Positions 55,886 through 64,000 of a stretch of 64,000 nucleotides of DNA are shown here, one piece after another; position 1 is the first letter of the stretch; the number at the start of each line of letters is the position of its first letter. Source of the DNA: a virus; IMG/VR virus record IMGVR_UViG_3300046779_000879, positions 64,001-128,000 of that record. One strand, written 5' to 3'. Position numbers and translations under genes: made by a program. Under the pieces are notes generated by a model. That model saw only the letters and a program-made list of their open reading frames with translations, had not been told where the DNA came from and searched no databases.

Positions 55886-55913
55886 CACGGTGTTAGGGTT
55901 TATGAGTGATAGA

Positions 55914-56315
55914 TTAGTTTATCGTATCATTTCCTTCAACAAAGGTAGTAAAACTCTCTTCTATCTTTTCCTCTTCCCAAGTAAGATCTTCTGCAGTTTT
56001 TCTTTCTTCTGTTTCCATCAAACCTAACTTCTCATGCTCATGTACGATTCGTAAATAATGAGGAATAAAAATATGATGCATCTTTTTAATGAACATCACA
56101 TCTTTTTTATCTAACACGTATTTCACATCATCAGTAAATTGACAAAGAGGATGAGCAGTGATATGCTCTTTGTTTGTTGCAACAACAGGGATAGTGCGAA
56201 TGCACATTGGTGATTCAACCTCAACAAACATCTCGTCTTCAGAACGCAAGACTGCCATAACTTGTTCACCAGAAACAAGTTTTAGAACTACAAATAACTC
56301 GTTACCACTTAACAT
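55914..56315 (-). CDS. Sm-like fold hypothetical protein downstream of uvsW
   Basis: LKLVSGEQVMA. Confidence 0.65.
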   Translation of the reverse strand: MLSGNELFVVLKLVSGEQVMAVLRSEDEMFVEVESPMCIRTIPVVATNKEHITAHPLCQFTDDVKYVLDKKDVMFIKKMHHIFIPHYLRIVHEHEKLGLMETEERKTAEDLTWEEEKIEESFTTFVEGNDTIN

Positions 56316-57790
56316 AATTCCACCTCTACTATTTTAGTTTTAAAGTCTTCTTCAGCATAGGTTTTGTAACGCTCTGCTGCATGATTTAGAGTATGGTTTT
56401 TCCATGACTTCCAATGTAGGTCATCTGCCAAATCAAAAAGATTACAAGTAGTCTTGCCATCTTTCATTCTTAACCCACGTCCAATACTTTGCAAATTACG
56501 GATTTTACTTTTTGATGGGCTTGCGAAAATAACATTCTCAATCGAAGGTATGTTGATACCTGTCGAGAATGTCCCGAAAGAAGCAATGATGATAGCATCT
56601 TCCTCTCCCTCTGTGATATGTCTAATTGACTCACGATCAGAAGTTTCTGTTCCTCCGTACACAAAGAAAATTTTCCTGGTATCATGTGCCTTTTCTTTTA
56701 TCATTTCGTATAAAATTTTGCCATGCTTTTCAACATACTGAAATAATACAAGAGTGTTCCCAGTTGATTTAATCGCAAGATTACGTATAAACTTATTTCT
56801 TGGTTCAAATCCTACAATGAAATCCATTTCATCTTGATAGGTATTATTCTTTCTTACTTTACGAATCTCTTCTGAGTATTTCAGAATTACACACATTATA
56901 TTTAGGTTAGCCAGTTTATTGGAGTCCATCAATGCTTTAGTAGTAGTCACTCTATGTACTGGACCAAAGATACCCTCAAGAACCAAACGATGAATCTTTT
57001 TGTTATCCAGAGTACCTGTAGTTCCAATACGATAACGAATGCTGTCCATCTTTTCCATAATAGTAGTCAAAGACTTTGCTTTAAACTGATGGGCTTCGTC
57101 ACCAAAGATAACATCAAACTGTTTAAACCAAGACTTGGGTTGTAGATAGCTTGAATGCCAAGTTGTAATTAAAACATCCTTAGTGAACTCTTTTGTAAAA
57201 CCACTGTATAGTTTTTGTACGTGAGTAGATGTTTTCCAACCATTGGCAGAAGAATAGTCTTCGAAGTCAGTATACAACTGTTCAACAAGAGATGTAGTTG
57301 GAACAATGATGATACACTTTCTACCTGCATCTAAATGATAACGTAAAGTGGTATAAATTATAAATGACTTTCCAGAAGCAGTCGGAGATAATAGGAGTGT
57401 CCGCTCTTTATCGAGAGCAGTCTTTACTGCTTCAACTTGATAGTCACGAATCTCAATAGGATTACCACGACCATGTGGTTTTAGCGATGCAGCATACTGC
57501 TCAATCTGTTCATGAGTGATGCCGTTGCTTGTTGTGATTTCTGTTTTAAAAGTTAATGGATAACCATTTCTTTCACAGAACTCTTGCACGTAATTTAATA
57601 AACCAATGTAAAGAGTTTTTCTTACTTGGTCATAAAGACGAACTTTTCCATCCCAGAGTCTGGCACGAAATTGTGGCGTAAATCTTGCACCTGGATATTC
57701 ATACGTAAAGAACTCAGCCAGTTCTTGTTCAATACTTGGCTCAGCGAAAACACGCATGTATACTTCATCTAATTTTTCAATGGTTACCAT
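56309..57790 (-). CDS. uvsW: RNA-DNA/DNA helicase UvsW
   Basis: PTASGKS, DEAH, TGT, QSIGRGLR. Confidence 0.95.
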   Translation of the reverse strand: MVTIEKLDEVYMRVFAEPSIEQELAEFFTYEYPGARFTPQFRARLWDGKVRLYDQVRKTLYIGLLNYVQEFCERNGYPLTFKTEITTSNGITHEQIEQYAASLKPHGRGNPIEIRDYQVEAVKTALDKERTLLLSPTASGKSFIIYTTLRYHLDAGRKCIIIVPTTSLVEQLYTDFEDYSSANGWKTSTHVQKLYSGFTKEFTKDVLITTWHSSYLQPKSWFKQFDVIFGDEAHQFKAKSLTTIMEKMDSIRYRIGTTGTLDNKKIHRLVLEGIFGPVHRVTTTKALMDSNKLANLNIMCVILKYSEEIRKVRKNNTYQDEMDFIVGFEPRNKFIRNLAIKSTGNTLVLFQYVEKHGKILYEMIKEKAHDTRKIFFVYGGTETSDRESIRHITEGEEDAIIIASFGTFSTGINIPSIENVIFASPSKSKIRNLQSIGRGLRMKDGKTTCNLFDLADDLHWKSWKNHTLNHAAERYKTYAEEDFKTKIVEVELC

Positions 57791-58227
57791 CACATCCCTG
57801 CTAGAAACTTCTTCCATTCAACTGCTGTTTTAATAGTCCAATCACGAGATTTAATTTGACCAAGAACAGACTCAAGAAAATAAATCATCGTCTCAAGATA
57901 ATCAATCTTGACTCTTAATGTATTTAGATCTGAATCACCAGAAAGGAATTCATCCATCTCATTCTTGAGTGGTTTGATACCTTGCCACTGTCCCCAGTCA
58001 AGTGCTTGTAATTCTTCACGTGATAGTTCGCCACGATAGTAACGAAACTTATTTTTACGTAGAAGATTATAATCTGATTGAAGTTTAGTGTGCTTGAGTT
58101 TTACATTGATTAAAAATCGAATGTACTTAGCGTGAAGTTTTGGAGTTTTTGTGGCATGTTCTCCGAGATAGTTGTCATCAATCTCGCAGTCTTTATCCCA
58201 CTCTTCTTGCAATTGTTCAATATTCAT
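57790..58227 (-). CDS. uvsY: recombination mediator UvsY
   Basis: WDKDCEID..LHAKY..YYRG..IKTAVEWKKF. Confidence 0.9.
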   Translation of the reverse strand: MNIEQLQEEWDKDCEIDDNYLGEHATKTPKLHAKYIRFLINVKLKHTKLQSDYNLLRKNKFRYYRGELSREELQALDWGQWQGIKPLKNEMDEFLSGDSDLNTLRVKIDYLETMIYFLESVLGQIKSRDWTIKTAVEWKKFLAGM

Positions 58228-58252
58228 AATAACCTCAAATTTAGATACTGCT

Positions 58253-58281
58253 ATTATACAGTAATCTTACAAAAAAATCAA
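58253..58281 (-). promoter_or_regulatory. sigma70-type promoter of uvsY
   Basis: TTGATT-N17-TATAAT. Confidence 0.65.
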
Positions 58282-58288
58282 GTTTGTC

Positions 58289-58822
58289 TTACAAGAATTT
58301 GTAATATCCGTAGCGGAATGTAGCGTTGCCGATTAGATATTGCACGTCAGTATTTGTTCCTGCAAATTGTAATGAGTCTATTGCAATTGGAAACAAATCA
58401 ATAAATTGCACAGTTTTTACAATTTGATTATTACCAGAAAGAATTTGTAATGTTGCGTCAGAGTAGTTTGTCGCTAACTCTGAAGTTATACCACGATTGT
58501 CTGCACCAATAAATGTTGTATACTGTTCATAATCATTTGGAAACCCAAGAGCAACGATCCAGTTATAAATCGCTTGATAATTCGTCATGGTCTCATCAAT
58601 TAAAAACTGCACTGTTAATTGATCGTATGTTAATGATTCACCTGGAATTGGTTGTGTTTGAAATGGGTTACCATATTCAGGAGAACCTAATGTAATTCCT
58701 GGAAGATTAACGGACTGAGCAAAGAAGTTTAACTCAGGTAATTTTTGAATGGTAAACATAAACCCATTAGGTGATAATGGATTAATGTTGCTTGGAATTG
58801 GACAAGTAATAGTAGTATTCAT
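58289..58822 (-). CDS. 3: tail completion / tube terminator gp3
   Basis: NPLSPNGF..NLPGI..FLIDE..SDATL..FP; position after gp23. Confidence 0.85.
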   Translation of the reverse strand: MNTTITCPIPSNINPLSPNGFMFTIQKLPELNFFAQSVNLPGITLGSPEYGNPFQTQPIPGESLTYDQLTVQFLIDETMTNYQAIYNWIVALGFPNDYEQYTTFIGADNRGITSELATNYSDATLQILSGNNQIVKTVQFIDLFPIAIDSLQFAGTNTDVQYLIGNATFRYGYYKFL

Positions 58823-58838
58823 ACAATTATTTAGGAAT

Positions 58839-58867
58839 AAAAAAAGAGGATCCGAAGATCCTCTTTT
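58839..58867 (-). terminator. intrinsic terminator after gp23
   Basis: AAAAGAGGATC-TTCG-GATCCTCTTTTTTT. Confidence 0.9.
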
Positions 58868-58909
58868 AAATTACCGCTTCTTTGTCGGCTTCGTAGCCAA
58901 CTCGATGGA

Positions 58910-60217
58910 TTACATCAAGTTAGAAACCTTAACACGACGGTAGTAGTAGTTAGCGTTAGCTGTCAAGTTGTCCTGGCCAGAAGTGCCGTCATCCAAGTTA
59001 ACGAATGGGTTAGCAACTAGACCATAACGAGTCTTGAAGCCAATTTTTGGCTGGAAGCTGTTAGGATCAACTGCACGAACCAACTGGAGTGGAACGTATG
59101 GGCAATAGAACAAACCAGCATCAAATGCTGACTGACCTTTGTAACCAACAACGAAGAACTGAGTGTTAGATACGTTTGAAGTATATGGATCAACATACAC
59201 TTTGTACTTACCATTCAATACACCAGCGAAAGTAGTGCTTGTGTCATCGATGTTTAGATTGCTGTTACCTTGTAGAGCAGGAGTGTAGTCAAGTACACCA
59301 GCCATCGCTAGAGCAGACGCAACGTCAGCTGAAGTGATGATGAAGTTACCACGACCACGACGTGTTTGTTGACCGATTGCATTGGCTTCACGTTCGATTT
59401 GGAACATTAGACCCTTGAACTTCTCAACAGACCAACGACCATTAGAGTCAGTGTCTAAGTCGAAAGTACCAGCAGTAGTAGTACCAACTGCAGCACCAGC
59501 TTTAGCTGTCTTGTAGATTGTACGGATAACTTCACGGTTGATTTCAGCAAGGATCTCTGTTGAAAGGATGTTGCTCAATTCACCTTCAGCGTCAAGACCA
59601 TGAACAGATTTCATATCTTGAGCTAATTCGATTGAGTACTCAGCTTTCAAAGCACGAGTCTTAGCAGTTACAGAAGTCTTCTCGATAGAGAAAGCCATTG
59701 CACCGAAAGAACCATCACCAGATCCGCCTTGACCTAAACGCTCTGCATCAGCAGTAGCGATACCAGTACCAGTAGTTTCAGAACCACCGAAATCGTATGC
59801 GCCAGAGTGTGTACCTGTACCAGCGAAGTCTGTATCAGCTTCGTTGAATAGAGCCTCAGTACCACCTTGAGTTGAATAACGTGACTTCATTGCGAAAATC
59901 AAGCCAGTTGGTTGAGTCATTGGCTGAACACCAGCAACGTCATAAGCGATCATCTGTGGCATTGCACGACGGACTAAAGAGATAAGAACTGGATCGAACT
60001 TAGCGAAACCATTGGTATCGCCATAGCTACCAACAGCGTTAGCTGGAGCAGCTTCGTTCAACTCACCCATAGCTTCGTGACCACGACGGATCTCACGCTC
60101 TTGGTTCTCTAGAAGAACAGCAGTAACTTCTTTACGATAGTTATCTTTGATTGGTGCTACTGATTCTGATTCAAGAATCGGAGCCCATTTTTTAACTAAA
60201 TCTTGACGAATTGTCAT
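58910..60217 (-). CDS. 23: major capsid protein gp23
   Basis: LLENQ, DPVLISLVRR, ELAQD, FYCPYVPL, GFKTRYG. Confidence 0.98.
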   Translation of the reverse strand: MTIRQDLVKKWAPILESESVAPIKDNYRKEVTAVLLENQEREIRRGHEAMGELNEAAPANAVGSYGDTNGFAKFDPVLISLVRRAMPQMIAYDVAGVQPMTQPTGLIFAMKSRYSTQGGTEALFNEADTDFAGTGTHSGAYDFGGSETTGTGIATADAERLGQGGSGDGSFGAMAFSIEKTSVTAKTRALKAEYSIELAQDMKSVHGLDAEGELSNILSTEILAEINREVIRTIYKTAKAGAAVGTTTAGTFDLDTDSNGRWSVEKFKGLMFQIEREANAIGQQTRRGRGNFIITSADVASALAMAGVLDYTPALQGNSNLNIDDTSTTFAGVLNGKYKVYVDPYTSNVSNTQFFVVGYKGQSAFDAGLFYCPYVPLQLVRAVDPNSFQPKIGFKTRYGLVANPFVNLDDGTSGQDNLTANANYYYRRVKVSNLM

Positions 60218-60235
60218 TTTATTTTCCTTTTAAAT

Positions 60236-61219
60236 TTATTTGTTGAGTGCTGATAGATAAGCTGACATAACTGGATCTAATTTCTTAGACTCTGTCAGTG
60301 CCTCTACTGGAGCATCAGTAACTACAGATTTAACTTCTGCAGTTGCTTTGGTTGTGAAATAATTTTCACGGATAGTCTTAACTTTTGTCTCAAAAGTTTC
60401 AGCATCTTCGTAAGATAATTCTTCAACAAGACTCATAAACTTTTCAGTTTCTGTATCTGTCAAACCTTCGCTTACTGTCTTAACGATTTCGCCACGCTTT
60501 GCTTCAGCAAGAGTCTTGCTTAATTCAATGTTAGCAGCAACTTGTTCGTTAAGTTTTGCTTCGAGTTCTTCCATCTTAGCTTCCATTTCACCAAGAACGT
60601 CAAAACGCTCTTCAGGAACATCGATGTAGTGCTCTTCAAATAGACCTTTCAATCCATTCACGAAACCTTCTAAGATTTCTGACTTCATACCACGCTCAAG
60701 GGCAATTTCATTCTGTGCAATCCACTGCTCGGCTACATAACCGAGATATCCATCAACTTGTTCAACGAGACCCTCTACATTCTGCGCAATGCTCTCTTGG
60801 AGCTTTGCTTCGAATTCTTCTTCTAAGCGAGCGACTTCCGTTTTTACACGGGTCATCACTGCTGCTTCAAAAATTGTTTCTGCTTTCTGTTTAAATTCTT
60901 CAGAAAGATCTTCACCATTCAATAGTGCGTCAACATCTTCTTTGACACTTTTGATAACTGACTGGTCACCAGCTTCTGCTTTTGCAGTAGCAACATTAGC
61001 TTTCTTAGATGTAGCATTTGCAGCTTCATCTTCGTCATCCACGTTGTTACGAGCATTGTCTGGATTAGGTGTTTCACCACCATTTGGTACTGGGTCACCA
61101 GTACGAATTACTGACTGGTCACCAGCTTGTGCGTTTTCAGTAGTAGTCTTGCTACCACCTTCAGCACCTGCTAGTTTTGATTCTGCTAAAATTTCAGCGA
61201 TTTTTTGTTCGATTGACAT
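60236..61219 (-). CDS. 22: prohead core scaffold gp22
   Basis: LSEEFK..IFEAAV, YLGYVAEQW, LFEEHYIDVP. Confidence 0.93.
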   Translation of the reverse strand: MSIEQKIAEILAESKLAGAEGGSKTTTENAQAGDQSVIRTGDPVPNGGETPNPDNARNNVDDEDEAANATSKKANVATAKAEAGDQSVIKSVKEDVDALLNGEDLSEEFKQKAETIFEAAVMTRVKTEVARLEEEFEAKLQESIAQNVEGLVEQVDGYLGYVAEQWIAQNEIALERGMKSEILEGFVNGLKGLFEEHYIDVPEERFDVLGEMEAKMEELEAKLNEQVAANIELSKTLAEAKRGEIVKTVSEGLTDTETEKFMSLVEELSYEDAETFETKVKTIRENYFTTKATAEVKSVVTDAPVEALTESKKLDPVMSAYLSALNK

Positions 61220-61253
61220 CGTTTTCTCCTGTAACTGGATAGTTCTATTAAAT

Positions 61254-61261
61254 TATTTATA
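61254..61261 (-). promoter_or_regulatory. T4 late promoter
   Basis: Exact TATAAATA upstream of gene 22. Confidence 0.8.
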
Positions 61262-61263
61262 AC

Positions 61264-61917
61264 TTATCTGATTTTACTCAGAAAATGTTGGAATGCCTTA
61301 ATCTTGGCTTCCTGTAAATTCTTTGATGAAGTTTTCTTAATAAAAGACTGAACTTCTTCAATATGTTTTTCCACAAACTTTCCATCAACAAAAACCCACT
61401 CTTTTGACTCCATGATACCACGCACAAATGCGTCAGGAGCAGAAGGGTCGGCAACGATGTCAGCTGCAGTGGACAGCATAAAATCGTCTTGAACTACTTG
61501 AACACCCTCATTATTTGTTTTGAGAGATCCAAGTGCTCTGCTAGAAACACCAAGATTTGCACCGCCATCTAAAAGACCACGTGCAATCATACCCATTGGG
61601 GTTTCTAGAATCTTTGCCTTACCGATATAATTTGTGCCTTCTTTTTTCAAAGAAACGATCATGTGAGATACTCTATCAAGGTTAATTGATGGGGTATCTG
61701 GGTGACCTAATTCACCATATGCACGATTATTATCAACAGATTCTTTCATGTAACGAGCAACTTCACGATCCATAACTGATTCTGGATACATGCGACCATT
61801 ACGATTCTTGAGTTCAGATTGAAGGAAAATACCTTCAATAAAATATTCTTTACCTTTGCCGAGTTTGTTCTCAACAATAAGGTTAGTAGATTCGGTTACT
61901 TCTCTAATGAGTTTCAT
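61264..61917 (-). CDS. 21: prohead protease gp21
   Basis: NRNGRMY, GELGHP, GVSSR, DIVADPSAPDA. Confidence 0.97.
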   Translation of the reverse strand: MKLIREVTESTNLIVENKLGKGKEYFIEGIFLQSELKNRNGRMYPESVMDREVARYMKESVDNNRAYGELGHPDTPSINLDRVSHMIVSLKKEGTNYIGKAKILETPMGMIARGLLDGGANLGVSSRALGSLKTNNEGVQVVQDDFMLSTAADIVADPSAPDAFVRGIMESKEWVFVDGKFVEKHIEEVQSFIKKTSSKNLQEAKIKAFQHFLSKIR

Positions 61918-61926
61918 TTTTATACC

Positions 61927-62391
61927 TTATGGTTTATCTGGACTACCTGAAAGTGTAGTGCTTGCACCGACTTGGGTTTCATCATCGTATGCACCATAAA
62001 CAGCAGTCTCAACCTTAGTAGTGTATCCACTTACTTTACGTAGTGTAAGATAACATTGTGCTTCTGCACCAGCAATTGTTACAACAATGTCGCTGGCATT
62101 TTCAATATTATCAACAAAACCAGAACCTGCCGCAAATTCAATATAGTCAGCACCGCCACCTGGAAGTGTTAAAATATTAACTGAGTTTCTAGTGATAGTA
62201 ATTGTAGCACCAGGTAAACCGACCCATTGTACACCAGCAATATTAACTCTTGAAGTTGGAGGTGATGTAACTGCTTGAGTAGAAGCTATGAGATCTGTTG
62301 ATAAAGTAATCGTAGCAGATGCAGCAGTACCTGCTATTTTAACCACAGATTCTTGGTTTGTATTTTTAAGAATTGTCTTAGTGACTGCCAT
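61927..62391 (-). CDS. putative virion protein
   Basis: Beta-rich; lies in the head module. Confidence 0.6.
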   Translation of the reverse strand: MAVTKTILKNTNQESVVKIAGTAASATITLSTDLIASTQAVTSPPTSRVNIAGVQWVGLPGATITITRNSVNILTLPGGGADYIEFAAGSGFVDNIENASDIVVTIAGAEAQCYLTLRKVSGYTTKVETAVYGAYDDETQVGASTTLSGSPDKP

Positions 62392-62393
62392 CT

Positions 62394-62939
62394 TTATTCC
62401 TCTATTTGTTCAAGCACATGAAAGAAGTTCTCTTTTGACTCTCTCATATACTCGATAATTTCTGTTTGGTTCTGTAATAAGTTATTTAGGCGACTTTGAG
62501 TATGCTCACTAATTGCTACAATTGTGTCGTCTTTTAATACGTAATGAAGTTTACCTTCAACAAGACGATCAAGTTTGTTCAAAGCACGAATGTCTTGAAC
62601 AACTGGGTCTACACTAAACATGTTAGAAGAAGCAAGTTGTATATAATTTTCGATTAATGTATCTGTAACTTTAATATCGTGATATTCTTTAATAATATTA
62701 GCGACAGTATGCTCAGATAGTTCTTCGTATGTTTGTTTTGATATTTGTTCTTCTAATTGATGCGAAATGTAGTCTTGTTTAATGTATTGCCTTGCTTCTT
62801 CTATACTTTGTAATTCTGTTTCTAATCCATTAATTAAGATTTTACCATCTTCAGTTCTTTCGATTAACTGACGATAAGACCTAATGCTTTCAACCACATT
62901 AGGTTTCTTTAAGGATTTAGAAAACTCTGAGTAGAACAT
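62394..62939 (-). CDS. putative prohead core protein (gp68 position)
   Basis: Synteny between gp67-like and gp21. Confidence 0.5.
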   Translation of the reverse strand: MFYSEFSKSLKKPNVVESIRSYRQLIERTEDGKILINGLETELQSIEEARQYIKQDYISHQLEEQISKQTYEELSEHTVANIIKEYHDIKVTDTLIENYIQLASSNMFSVDPVVQDIRALNKLDRLVEGKLHYVLKDDTIVAISEHTQSRLNNLLQNQTEIIEYMRESKENFFHVLEQIEE

Positions 62940-63151
62940 TATTCTGTTTCTTGACTCTCTGGTTCAACTTCTTGTGTTTCTTGTTCAGCAACAGGTTCTT
63001 GTGAAGAGAACATGCTTTTTGCAATACCAGTACGCATGTCGTCTAGTTTAACTGCTAGTTTCTCAGCCATTGCAGCACCAAAAGCCTGTTCAGTTTCTAA
63101 CGCATCTCCGTTAGCCATCGCTTGAATTAAATTGTATGTAGTTTCACTCAT
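62939..63151 (-). CDS. prohead core protein gp67-like
   Basis: Small protein with acidic tail directly after the portal. Confidence 0.6.
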   Translation of the reverse strand: MSETTYNLIQAMANGDALETEQAFGAAMAEKLAVKLDDMRTGIAKSMFSSQEPVAEQETQEVEPESQETE

Positions 63152-63163
63152 GTCATTCTCCTA

Positions 63164-64000
63164 TTAATTTGGCCAACCAGTTGGTGGTGTTTGTTCATCT
63201 TGTTGTGCAGCTGGTACTGAATCATTTTGTGTTTCTTGTGGTGCTTGCCCATCAGCAGGTGCTTCTTGTGCTTGTGGAGCATTCTGTTGCAAGTAGTTCT
63301 GTTGTGCAGCTTGTGTAACACCAGCCAACGTACCAACTTGCTCAGCATCTTCAATACGATCTTCTTTTTCTTCTTCAATTTCTTTTTCGATCTGCTCAAT
63401 GTCTTCGTCATCAAGACGTAAAACATTTTTACGGATCCATGCTTGAGAGTAATATTTACCAACAAACGGATCTAACTGTTGAAGAATCTGAACACGCTGG
63501 GTCAAAATCTCTGCATCTTTTAATTCTGAGTAATGATTGTCTTCTAGATAATCATATTTAATCTTAGAAGAAATATCATCCCACTCTTCTGGTTTGATAA
63601 TATTTTTTGCAATTAGTTGTACTCTTAATGCTTGAGAGAACAACATGCTAAATTTCTTACGAAGTCTAACAATAAATTTGTTAAACTTAACTTCATCACG
63701 ACTAATCTCTGTTGAACGACCAATCGAGAATCCTTGCTGTTGTTGCAAGCGAGAGATTGGAACATTCAATGCATGATAAAGTTTTTGTTGGAAGTATTCG
63801 ATATCCTGAATCTCGCCAAGGTTTTGTCCACCTGGAAGAGTAGTTATCTCTGTGCCTTTACCACCCTCACGACGTGGCATCCAGAAATCTTCCATCATTG
63901 ATAAGTGACGACGATCGTCTCTTGTCTCACCAGTTGTTGCATCGTAAACAATTTTGTTACGGAACTTATTCATAATGTCCGAAACATACTGCTCAGCTTT
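63164..64000 (-). CDS. 20: portal protein gp20 (3' part, truncated by the window)
   Basis: EDFWMPRREGGKGTEITTLPGG, LNVPISRL, RDEVKF. Confidence 0.96.
   Translation of the reverse strand, partial: KAEQYVSDIMNKFRNKIVYDATTGETRDDRRHLSMMEDFWMPRREGGKGTEITTLPGGQNLGEIQDIEYFQQKLYHALNVPISRLQQQQGFSIGRSTEISRDEVKFNKFIVRLRKKFSMLFSQALRVQLIAKNIIKPEEWDDISSKIKYDYLEDNHYSELKDAEILTQRVQILQQLDPFVGKYYSQAWIRKNVLRLDDEDIEQIEKEIEEEKEDRIEDAEQVGTLAGVTQAAQQNYLQQNAPQAQEAPADGQAPQETQNDSVPAAQQDEQTPPTGWPN

Noticed and set aside
60957-61128. Direct repeat ACTGACTGGTCACCAGCTT in gene 22
   Set aside because: It encodes a duplicated AGDQSVI peptide in the flexible scaffold N-terminus; not a mobile or regulatory element
1961-63421. 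Numerous plus-strand and alternate-frame ORFs in the track (e.g. 10677-11084, 37324-37722, 50216-50707, 50376-51014, 60789-61262)
   Set aside because: They are shadows of well-supported minus-strand genes, with no RBS or motifs and Ser/Phe/Leu-rich antisense composition
1-64000. Stop-codon reassignment
   Set aside because: Core genes translate full-length in the standard code with tight packing
1-64000. Sequence-motif bias revealing the modification target
   Set aside because: It requires k-mer counting against a Markov background, which could not be done by eye; no claim is made

Overview
A 64-kb, AT-rich segment of a T4-like (Tevenvirinae-related) myophage genome with essentially all genes on the minus strand. 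Reading in the direction of transcription (right to left): head genes (partial gp20 portal, gp67-like, gp21, gp22, gp23) and gp3; uvsY, uvsW, gp55, gp47/gp46 with a free-standing HNH endonuclease; a MoxR/CobS AAA + VWA pair; gp45/44/62, regA, hsp20; ligase, an envelope-protein cluster, gp43, uvsX and gp41. Next comes a translationally coupled DNA-hypermodification operon (TET/JBP dioxygenase, Ntn/GATase-II, GNAT, aGPT-PPlase clade 2 amino acid:DNA transferase, P-loop 5hmU-DNA kinase). It is followed by nuclease-fold and capsid-targeted proteins, Dps, spanins, primase, thyX, nrdA/nrdB interleaved with three 2OG-Fe(II) oxygenases, and a BI-1/YccA membrane protein. Spanins imply a Gram-negative host. 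The best candidate for an undescribed system is the modification operon, which appears to make 5hm-pyrimidine post-replicatively (TET/JBP, with ThyX present) and then tailor it with an Ntn hydrolase plus acetyltransferase. Non-coding signals read directly from the sequence: ten sigma70-type promoters with exact 17-bp spacers, a CCCT-N9-AGGG palindrome just upstream of five of them, an orphan antisense promoter, a multi-hairpin RNA upstream of the hsp20 operon, an RBS-sequestering hairpin and a vestigial gp46 start at the HNH insertion, and predicted leaderless mRNAs. All assignments come from motif and family recognition by eye; no database searches were run.
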